DNA of 12,566 nucleotides from a virus (Duplodnaviria; Heunggongvirae; Uroviricota; Caudoviricetes): IMG/VR virus record IMGVR_UViG_2534681831_000011; one strand, 5' to 3'. Shown piece by piece: positions 1 to 6,079 of this stretch (position 1 is its first letter; each line of letters starts with the position of its first letter). The notes under the pieces were generated by a model. It saw only the letters and a program-made list of their open reading frames with translations, ran no database searches and was not told where the DNA came from. The position numbers and the translations under genes were made by a program.

Positions 1-2
1 AT

Positions 3-1182
3 GTGTTGCTGGCGGTGTGCTGGATGCAGGGAGAGTTTGACATGAGCGCCGCCACCCACGCACAGCAACCTGCGCTGTTTACAGCCATGCTGGCACAGTT
101 TCGTGCTGACCTCTCCGTGTTTAACGCGCAGTGCCATGGTGGCAGTGCTGCAGATGTGCCGTGGATTTGTGGTGACACGACGTATTACTGGAAAAATACA
201 TACGCTACCCAGTACGACACCGTGTACGGCGGGTACAAAAACAGGGAGAGTGAGGGCGTTTATTTTGTGCCCTTCATGACAGACGGTAACGGCGTCAATA
301 CCGCCACTAACGCGCCGGCAGAAGATCCGGATATTCCGGCATCAGGATATTACGGTGCGGCATCGAGAACGAATGGAAACCAGGTATCATCAAACCGCCC
401 GACACATTTCAGTTCATGGGCGCGCAGGAGCATTATTCCGGATCGTCTGGCAACCGCTATTCTGAACGCAGCCGGGCGCACCTCAGCCTTCATCAGTGGT
501 AAGGCACCGGAAATTAAACCCTCGCCCGGCGGCAACACGCCATCGGGTCCGTCTGCAGATACGTCCGTTCGCACAATCTCCCTGCTGCCGGCAGCCGGAG
601 AGGCTGCTGCGCAGGGCTGGAGCATTAAGGATGGCGGAATTCAGTTGTCAGATGGTGTATTTAAGATCACCAAGCAGAGCAATAAAACCTAGGTCCCTGA
701 CGCATCCGGTGGATGACGCAATTACCCTGCTGACACAGGGCGGCAGACTGACCTGTAAGTTCCGCCTGTCAGGCGCACTGACCAACAATCAGTTCGGGCT
801 GGGGATTTATCTGTATACGGATGCTCCCGTTCCTGATGGTGTGGCGATGACGGGTACCGGTAATCCGTTCCTGATGTCGTACTTCACTCAGACCACTGAC
901 GGCAGAGTGAATCTGATGCATCACAGGAAAGCCGGAAACACGAAGCTGGGGGAGTTCGGCGATTACGGTAACGACTGGCAGACGCTGGAGCTGGTGTTCA
1001 CCGCCGGCAGTGCCACGGTTACTCCGAAACTGAATGGAGTGGCTGGCCCGGCATTCCAGGTTATAAAAGACAGTCTGACACTGGGACTGAATGCGCTGAC
1101 GCTGACGGATGTTACAAAAAATGCAGCGTATGGCGTTGAGATAGAAAGTCTGGTGCTGGAGATAAATGCACCGGCAGCATAA
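3..1182 (+). pseudogene. 3' portion of a large prophage late-region gene, possibly a SASA/SGNH-type esterase (NanS-p-like); reading frame interrupted, 5' end outside window
   Basis: Frame 3 is open from the window start to TAG 690-692 with protein-like composition (WMQGEFD and PTHFS motifs recall SASA/SGNH esterase blocks). Protein-like translation then continues in frame 1 from about 694 to TAA 1180-1182 (DDAITLLTQGGRLTCKF...EINAPAA). The frame-1 stretch upstream of ~690 is Arg-rich and not protein-like, so one gene with a 1-nt indel near AATAAAACC (681-689) is the most parsimonious reading. The functional assignment rests on weak motif resemblance only. Confidence 0.5.
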
Positions 1183-1183
1183 T

Positions 1184-1223
1184 AAAAAAAGCCAGCGACT
1201 GACCTGAAAAAGAAGACGCTGGC
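1184..1223 (-). terminator. Putative rho-independent terminator (minus-strand reading), unit A
   Basis: Stem GCCAGCG (1191-1197) pairs with CGCTGGC (1217-1223) around a 19-nt loop. On the minus strand the hairpin is followed by 7 T (complement of the A-run 1184-1190). On the plus strand no U-run follows. Confidence 0.4.
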
Positions 1224-1331
1224 TAAAAGGCCTTATATGTTTGTAGAGACTTATTTTTCACAGACAGCAATGATGCCTGTCAATATATTATCAATATGCG
1301 GATTGTTTCAGTTACAGATGCTTTATTAAGG

Positions 1332-1374
1332 AAAAAAACAGCCAGCACTGACTTTCGGTGGAGAGGTGCTGGCT
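1332..1374 (-). terminator. Putative rho-independent terminator (minus-strand reading), unit B
   Basis: Stem AGCCAGCAC (1340-1348) pairs with GTGCTGGCT (1366-1374) around a 17-nt loop. On the minus strand it is followed by TG plus 7 T (complement of 1332-1338). Confidence 0.4.
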
Positions 1375-1547
1375 CAAAAGGATAGATGTACTTCACATGT
1401 TGCTTCTATATGGCAGTACATTTTCTGACAGACAGTGACGGATGTTGTCAAGATATTGTGTCATTTATAACCTGAATCGGGGAGGCCGGAATGTTATCTG
1501 GCATTTTTAGCAGAGCCTGAATGCCATAATCACGGCTCCCGGCGTTG

Positions 1548-1583
1548 GCCGTCAGTGGGTGACACTGGCGGCTTTTTTGTTTT
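1548..1583 (+). terminator. Rho-independent terminator upstream of the holin (tR'-like position)
   Basis: 10-bp stem GCCGTCAGTG (1548-1557) pairs with CACTGGCGGC (1563-1572) with one G-U pair and a 5-nt loop GGTGA, followed by TTTTTTGTTTT (1573-1583). Confidence 0.6.
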
Positions 1584-1627
1584 CCTTTACTTTCATTTCT
1601 GTCGGCGGTGACGGAGACATACATCAG

Positions 1628-1834
1628 ATGGAAAAAATCACAACGGGTGTGTCATACACCACGTCAGCGGTGGGGACGGGATACTGGTTACTGCAGCTGC
1701 TGGACAAAGTCTCTCCGTCCCAGTGGGTGGCGATAGGTGTGCTGGGGAGTCTGCTGTTTGGCCTGCTGACGTATCTGACAAACCTTTATTTCAAGATTAA
1801 AGAAGATAAGCGTAAGGCGGCGCGGGGAGAGTAA
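1628..1834 (+). CDS. Class II holin (pinholin, phage 21 S-like)
   Basis: 68-aa ORF from ATG 1628 (GGAGA at 1613-1617) to TAA 1832-1834. The translation [68 protein letters not shown] has two hydrophobic segments and a basic C-terminal tail and closely resembles the S21 pinholin as I recall it. The 1559 start in the ORF track lies inside the terminator hairpin and is rejected. Confidence 0.85.
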   Translation: MEKITTGVSYTTSAVGTGYWLLQLLDKVSPSQWVAIGVLGSLLFGLLTYLTNLYFKIKEDKRKAARGE

Positions 1835-1838
1835 AGCG

Positions 1839-2183
1839 ATGAAGAAAAAATACGAACTGGTTGTTAAAGGGATAAATAATTACCCGGATAAGATTACTGT
1901 TACTGTGGCACTGGAAATTGGTGGGTATCCGTCACTGTTGTTGCCAGATGTGGCGATTAGTCTTGACCGTACTGAAGGTGCCACGCTGGAGTTTTACGAA
2001 GCTGAGGCGAAAAAGCAGGCGAAGCAGTTTTTCATGGATGTTGCTGCCGGGTTATGTGAAGGGGATGGTCCGTTGCCGGAAAAGCGGCCCATCATTTTAG
2101 AGGCGCAGGATGTGTTGATAACCTACAGAGGAAAACTACCGGGAATAATTACGGGTTCTCTGAAGACTCCACCGCTGGCCTGA
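1839..2183 (+). CDS. Hypothetical 114-aa protein, no recognisable family
   Basis: ATG 1839 sits 4 nt after the holin stop, with GGGGAGAG (1824-1831) as a Shine-Dalgarno-like sequence. Composition is protein-like, with no signal peptide or transmembrane segment. It lies between holin and endolysin, where canonical lysis cassettes have nothing. Confidence 0.6.
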   Translation: MKKKYELVVKGINNYPDKITVTVALEIGGYPSLLLPDVAISLDRTEGATLEFYEAEAKKQAKQFFMDVAAGLCEGDGPLPEKRPIILEAQDVLITYRGKLPGIITGSLKTPPLA

Positions 2184-2233
2184 AGACTTAACATATCCAG
2201 GGATTTGAAATCGATAAATCCTGATAAATATCC

Positions 2234-2768
2234 ATGAACGCAAAAATCAGATACGGCCTGTCGGCTGCCGTTCTGGCGCTGATTGGTGCAGGGGCGGTCT
2301 GCGCCTGACATTCTCGACCAGTTTCTGGATGAAAAGGAAGGTAACCACACCACAGCATACCGTGATGGTACGGGTATCTGGACCATCTGCCGCGGTGCCA
2401 TCCTGGTGGATGGTAAACCTGTCGTCCCGGGCATGAAGTTGTCGAAGGAAAAATGCGACCAGGTTAACGCCATTGAGCGTGATAAGGCGCTGGCATGGGT
2501 GGAGAAAAACATCAAAGTGCCGCTGACCGAACCCCAGAAAGCGGGGATCGCGTCATTCTGTCCGTACAACATTGGTCCCGGTAAGTGTTTCCCGTCGACG
2601 TTTTACAGACGAATTAATGCAGGTGATCGAAAAGGTGCCTGCGAAGCGATTCGCTGGTGGATTAAGGACGGTGGCAGGGACTGCCGTATTCGCTCAAATA
2701 ACTGTTACGGTCAGGTATCCCGTCGTGACCAGGAGAGCGCGCTGGCGTGCTGGGGAATCGACAGATAA
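2234..2768 (+). pseudogene. SAR endolysin (T4-lysozyme-like GH24 muramidase, R21-type) with an apparent +1 frameshift between the SAR segment and the catalytic domain
   Basis: ATG 2234 opens MNAKIRYGLSAAVLALIGAGA (a signal-arrest-release-like hydrophobic N-terminus) and hits TGA at 2306-2308. The catalytic domain (EGNHTTAYRDGTGIWTICRG...CYGQVSRRDQESALACWGIDR, with Glu/Asp/Thr catalytic-like residues) is in the next frame, open from 2283 to TAA 2766-2768. An extra G around 2296-2298 (GGGGCGGTCT) accounts for the shift. Confidence 0.75.
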
Positions 2769-3038
2769 GCAGAATATTTTGCTGAAAAATGAGGTTTGCT
2801 TACATGGATTGATAACACGAAATCCTGCAAATTGGCAAAATGTAAGTGAATAAAGTCAAAACAGTTGTTTAACACTCAGGCACCGTAATGATGCCTTTGT
2901 CATTTCTGCGCATCTCACGCGCATCTCACAACACAGAACCTTTCAGGATGACCCTTGAGGATACCGGTTTGGCTGTCGGTGCCTTTCTGTGGGCTGGATT
3001 CCTGTGAGACAAGGTTCATCACTAAAAGGAAATAACCG

Positions 3039-3608
3039 ATGAATATGATGGCCGTGCCGTTTCACGGCAACTCTCTTTATGTAGTTAACCATAATGGCGA
3101 ACCATACGTTCCCATGAAACCTGTCGTTGCGGGGATGGGGCTGGCCTGGCAATCACAGTTGGCTAAGTTAAGACAGCGTTTTGCGTCAACTATAACGGAA
3201 ATCGTTATGGTTGCTGAGGATGGGAAACAACGCAATATGGTGTCCATGCCACTTCGAAAACTTGCCGGCTGGCTACAAACCATTAATCCCAACAAAGTAA
3301 AACCCGAAATCCGCGATAAGGTCATCCGGTATCAGGAAGAGTGCGACGATGTTCTTTACGAGTACTGGACGAAGGGTTTTGTCGTTAATCCCCGTAAAAT
3401 GAGCGTGATGGAAGAACTCAACCAGGCTTGTGCTGACATGAAACGGGATAAAAACATTGCCAGTGTGTTTGCTACCGGGCTGAATGAGTGGAAACAGGTT
3501 AAAGCCGCGCATGTATCAAAAATCCGTACGCTGGTAAATGAAGCGAATATGCTGATTGATTTTGTCCTGGCTGATACAGGCAAAGGGAAAATAACAAAGG
3601 CGGATTGA
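3039..3608 (+). CDS. Antirepressor-like protein (P22_AR N-terminal domain type)
   Basis: 189-aa ORF with AAGGA 8 nt upstream of ATG 3039. The N-terminus MNMMAVPFHGNSLYVVNHNGEPYVPMKPVVAGMGLAWQSQLAKL matches the pattern I recall for the P22 antirepressor N-terminal domain. As I recall, Stx-type prophages carry a similar gene between endolysin and Rz. Confidence 0.7.
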   Translation: MNMMAVPFHGNSLYVVNHNGEPYVPMKPVVAGMGLAWQSQLAKLRQRFASTITEIVMVAEDGKQRNMVSMPLRKLAGWLQTINPNKVKPEIRDKVIRYQEECDDVLYEYWTKGFVVNPRKMSVMEELNQACADMKRDKNIASVFATGLNEWKQVKAAHVSKIRTLVNEANMLIDFVLADTGKGKITKAD

Positions 3609-3754
3609 TGGGGTGGCTAATGATATCAGATAAACTCATAACGCTGGTGAAGAGCCTCTGTGTACTTGTCGGCATTTCATTTTTAGTCATGCTGGTTGCC
3701 ATTTTCTTTTCCACCGCCTGGCGAGTCCTGACGTTATCGGGACTGGTGGGGTGA
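3608..3754 (+). CDS. Candidate small single-pass membrane protein (48 aa), translationally coupled to the antirepressor-like gene
   Basis: ATG 3608 overlaps the upstream stop (TGATG). Translation [48 protein letters not shown] has one clear hydrophobic helix; stop TGA 3752-3754. It is absent from the ORF track only because it is under 60 aa. No homology evidence. Confidence 0.35.
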   Translation: MGWLMISDKLITLVKSLCVLVGISFLVMLVAIFFSTAWRVLTLSGLVG

Positions 3755-3761
3755 AAGAGAG

Positions 3762-4229
3762 ATGAACCGTGTTCTGTGTGTGGTGATTATTGTCCTGGCG
3801 GTTGGCTGTGGTGCGCTGTGGCTGGCAACAAACCATTACCGTGACAACGCGCTCACCTACAAAGCGCAGCGCGATAAAAAAGCCAGAGAGCTGGAACAGG
3901 CGAATGCCACCATTACTGACATGCAGGTGCGCCAGCGTGATGTTGCTGCGCTCGATGCAAAATACTCGAGGGAGTTAGCCGATGCGAGAGCTGAAAATGA
4001 AACTCTGCGTGCTGATGTTGCCGCTGGTCGTAAGCGCCTGCGGATCAACGCCACCTGCTCCGGTACCGTGCGTGAAGCCACCGGCACCTCCGGCGTGGAT
4101 AATGCAACCGGCCCCCGACTGGCAGACACCGCTGAACGGGATTATTTCATCCTCAGAGAACGGTTGATGACAATGCAGAAGCAGCTGGAAGGGGCACAGG
4201 ACTATATCCGCACTCAGTGCCTGAACTAA
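3762..4229 (+). CDS. Rz: Rz i-spanin (inner-membrane spanin subunit)
   Basis: 155-aa ORF with GAGAG Shine-Dalgarno-like sequence. It has an N-terminal transmembrane segment ([18 protein letters not shown]), a coiled-coil-like charged region, and an Rz1 ORF embedded in the +1 frame. Confidence 0.85.
   Translation: MNRVLCVVIIVLAVGCGALWLATNHYRDNALTYKAQRDKKARELEQANATITDMQVRQRDVAALDAKYSRELADARAENETLRADVAAGRKRLRINATCSGTVREATGTSGVDNATGPRLADTAERDYFILRERLMTMQKQLEGAQDYIRTQCLN
3982..4167 (+). CDS. Rz1: Rz1 o-spanin (outer-membrane lipoprotein), embedded in Rz in the +1 frame
   Basis: [22 protein letters not shown] has a lipobox (VSAC) followed by a proline-rich region ([30 protein letters not shown]) typical of lambda-type Rz1. 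GAGGGAG lies upstream of ATG 3982. Confidence 0.8.
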   Translation: MRELKMKLCVLMLPLVVSACGSTPPAPVPCVKPPAPPAWIMQPAPDWQTPLNGIISSSENG

Positions 4230-4427
4230 GTTTTGCTGATGCGCCGTATCGTCGCCGTATTCCTGCATTAACAGAGACCGCAGCCCGACAGGGAGACTCC
4301 TCTGCGAGAGTGTGCGGGGATAATCAAAAACGATACACACCGGGGTTTACCGCGTAAACGGAGCGCGGCGTTCTCCCCTCATGGTCGCCCGTCCGGTGCG
4401 ATGGTGGAAGAAACTGGAATCTGTTCA

Positions 4428-4459
4428 ATAAAAAAACTGCCGTGTTGGAGTCACAGCAG
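4428..4459 (-). terminator. Putative rho-independent terminator for the minus-strand RHH gene
   Basis: Stem CTGCCGTG (4437-4444) pairs with CACAGCAG (4452-4459) with one G-U pair and a 7-nt loop. On the minus strand it is followed by an 8-9 T run (complement of 4428-4436). Confidence 0.45.
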
Positions 4460-4591
4460 TAATGTACTGATTGGGTAGAAGATTATTATTGTTATGCTTT
4501 ATTTTTATTCTATATGGCTGATTATTTCAATTCGGAATTAATACAGCTAATGTCTGTGAGTTTTTATAAATTCAGCAATATAAAGAAATAG

Positions 4592-4819
4592 TTATATGAA
4601 CAGCCATCGCAGAGCATACTGTGTATCATTCTTTTTTATAGTCAACTGACGGGCATATTTTATGTCTGCTGCCAGCTCCCGGCGGCAAGATTCAATGACC
4701 CACGCAGAAAAATTTTCTGAACCTTTCTGGTCAAGAGCGATGTTAATTTGTTCAATCATCTGGTTTGGAAATCGGATGTTGCGGGTTGTTGTTCTGCGGG
4801 GCCGGTTTTTCGATGACAT
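4592..4819 (-). CDS. Ribbon-helix-helix (Arc/MetJ/CopG-like) DNA-binding protein
   Basis: 75-aa minus-strand ORF with GAGGAAAG about 6 nt upstream of its ATG (complement of 4817-4819). The N-terminal basic strand followed by a helix (RNIRFPNQMIEQINIALDQKGSENFSAWVIESCRREL) fits the RHH pattern. It is the only confident minus-strand gene in the window. Confidence 0.6.
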   Translation of the reverse strand: MSSKNRPRRTTTRNIRFPNQMIEQINIALDQKGSENFSAWVIESCRRELAADIKYARQLTIKKNDTQYALRWLFI

Positions 4820-4860
4820 TTTCTTTCCTCTGGTGACAAGCTATATGGCGAGGATTTTAC

Positions 4861-5226
4861 ATGGCTGTGCTTCGTACGTTACCGGGCAGAATCAAAACTC
4901 TGAACACCCGGCGGGTGAATATTCTGAAGGGTGAACAGCGTCGTGTCAGTGGCAGTGCACGTGTTTCCCTCAAGCGTCATATCTGGCTCAGGGATGCCGG
5001 GCAGTGCTGTCTCTGTGGTCGTGTGGTTGACCTCTGTGACAGTGAACTCGATCACCGAATTGCACTTCAGTTCGGTGGTGGTAATGAGGAGACGAATCTC
5101 TGGACGCTCTGTACCGAATGCCATCGACAAAAGTCTGCTCGTGAAGCGGCGGGTGGTATGCCGGACCCGACGCTGCCGGAGGTGTCCGGAGGTCATGGCA
5201 GGGCAGACGATATCATCGGACTGTGA
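4861..5226 (+). CDS. HNH endonuclease (packaging-associated, HK97 gp74-like position)
   Basis: 121-aa ORF with Cys/His HNH motif (CCLCGRVVDLCDSELDHRIALQFGGGNEETNLWTLCTECHRQKS). It sits immediately upstream of the cos-like region and the terminase genes. Confidence 0.8.
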   Translation: MAVLRTLPGRIKTLNTRRVNILKGEQRRVSGSARVSLKRHIWLRDAGQCCLCGRVVDLCDSELDHRIALQFGGGNEETNLWTLCTECHRQKSAREAAGGMPDPTLPEVSGGHGRADDIIGL

Positions 5227-5315
5227 CCCGCCCCGGGGGGGGATCATCCGGCGAAAAAAACGATCGCCCCGGACACCGCCCCCCGTCTCATGCAGAGAAA
5301 AAATTCCTGTTTCAG

Positions 5316-5441
5316 GCCAGTTAACATGTTAACTGGCTGCCCGGGCATTTTTGCGGTTTTTATCTTTATTATTCAGTTTGTTGTGCGAAAAAAATGTTAA
5401 CTGGCTTTTTCAGCAAATGTTAACCAGGCAGCAGTTAACAT
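5316..5441. repeat. Cluster of GTTAAC-core sites including a 22-bp perfect palindrome; candidate terminase-binding (cosB-like) or operator elements
   Basis: Perfect palindrome GCCAGTTAACATGTTAACTGGC at 5316-5337. ATGTTAAC(T/C)(G/A)G half-sites at 5394-5405 and 5417-5428, and inverted CAGTTAACAT at 5432-5441. Flanked by A-tracts and a G8 run (5236-5243). Confidence 0.45.
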
Positions 5442-5515
5442 TTGCGGCATGAGACGCCGGGAAAAATGGGCTGAACCATACCCGGCTGAGTGCGTTCTGG
5501 ACCCGGGAGGAGGCT

Positions 5516-6079
5516 GTGCTGACAACGCAAAAACGAAAATTTGCGCTGGCGCTCATGTCCGGGAAAAACAAAACAGCGTCAGCCATTGCCGCCGGTTATT
5601 CGGCGAAGACCGCCAGGGTTAAAGGCTCGCAGCTGGCAAAAGATCCTGAGGTGCTTGCGTTTATAGCCCGTAAACAATGCGAGACGGTGGAGGTGGATGA
5701 GGTTCCTGTTTACCGGCAGAAAAAATCAGAGCAGGAGGATAAACCCCGTCGCCGTGAGGCGGCTGCAATACCACAGCCGGACGAAAACAATCTGGAGATG
5801 CCACCGTCCGCGGTGATGTCTCCTGGTATTGAATATATGGAGGATGGTCTTCCCGATCCGGTGAAAGCGATGGGGCGTCTTCTGGTGGAGAACATTAATA
5901 CCGACCCCAGGCTGGCGCTGGATGCGGCTTGTAGGCTGGCGCAATTCACGCACCACAAAAAAGGGGATGCCGGTAAAAAATCGGCAAAAGGTGACGCGGC
6001 GAAAAAAGCGGCTAACCGTTTTGCGGTGCCACCACCACCCCGCCTGGTGGTGAATAATGATAATGAGGAAAGCGGATGA
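5516..6079 (+). CDS. Terminase small subunit
   Basis: GTG 5516 preceded by GGAGGAGG. The N-terminus (LTTQKRKFALALMSGKNKTASAIAAGYSAKTARVKGSQLAKDPEV) is typical of TerS helix-turn-helix domains, with a basic low-complexity C-terminus. Its stop overlaps the TerL start (ATGA at 6076-6079). The exact start (GTG 5516 versus ATG 5555) is uncertain. Confidence 0.75.
   Translation: MLTTQKRKFALALMSGKNKTASAIAAGYSAKTARVKGSQLAKDPEVLAFIARKQCETVEVDEVPVYRQKKSEQEDKPRRREAAAIPQPDENNLEMPPSAVMSPGIEYMEDGLPDPVKAMGRLLVENINTDPRLALDAACRLAQFTHHKKGDAGKKSAKGDAAKKAANRFAVPPPPRLVVNNDNEESG

Larger units (their letters stand above)
1184..1490. repeat. Diverged tandem duplication of a ~150-bp intergenic unit (unit A ~1184-1333, unit B ~1332-1490)
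   Basis: Each unit has a 7-A run, a hairpin with a GCCAGC/GCTGGC core, AAAAGG, and a shared block TTTTC(A/TG)ACAGACAG...ATG..TGTCAA.ATATT. The two hairpins sit 150 bp apart (1191-1223 and 1340-1374). Confidence 0.55.

Noticed and set aside
496-692. N-terminal part of the frame-1 ORF 496..1182 (GTG start) as an independent gene
   Set aside because: Its translation here is Arg-rich and not protein-like, and it fully overlaps well-behaved frame-3 coding. Only the part after ~694 looks real, as the continuation of the frameshifted upstream gene.
1237-1475. Two ~30-codon plus-strand ORFs with AAGG-like Shine-Dalgarno sequences, one per tandem unit (1237..1329 and 1386..1475)
   Set aside because: The two units are alike at the DNA level but with indels that break the reading frame, so the peptides are unrelated to each other. 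The conservation looks RNA- or DNA-level rather than coding. Not fully excluded.
1559-1627. Upstream extension of the holin ORF (start at 1559)
   Set aside because: The extension begins inside the terminator hairpin and lacks a ribosome-binding site. ATG 1628 with an upstream GGAGA gives a holin of the expected size.
2572-2853. 93-aa plus-strand ORF overlapping the 3' half of the endolysin
   Set aside because: Out-of-frame overlap with a confidently assigned lysozyme domain, and an Arg-rich composition typical of an alternative frame.
3077-4340. Minus-strand ORFs inside the antirepressor-like and Rz genes (3077..3325, 3273..3512, 3356..3583, 3499..3714, 3857..4129, 3975..4340)
   Set aside because: All are antisense shadows of protein-like plus-strand genes, with no ribosome-binding sites and atypical composition.
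4662-5332. Plus-strand ORFs 4662..4934 and 4931..5332, and minus-strand ORF 4879..5247
   Set aside because: They overlap the RHH and HNH genes in other frames or antisense. The HNH and RHH frames carry the recognisable motifs.
5292-5402. Small hydrophobic ORF (about 36 codons from ATG 5292) in the cos-like region
   Set aside because: It is built entirely from the palindrome and repeat sequences and lacks a ribosome-binding site. The region is better explained as DNA recognition sites.
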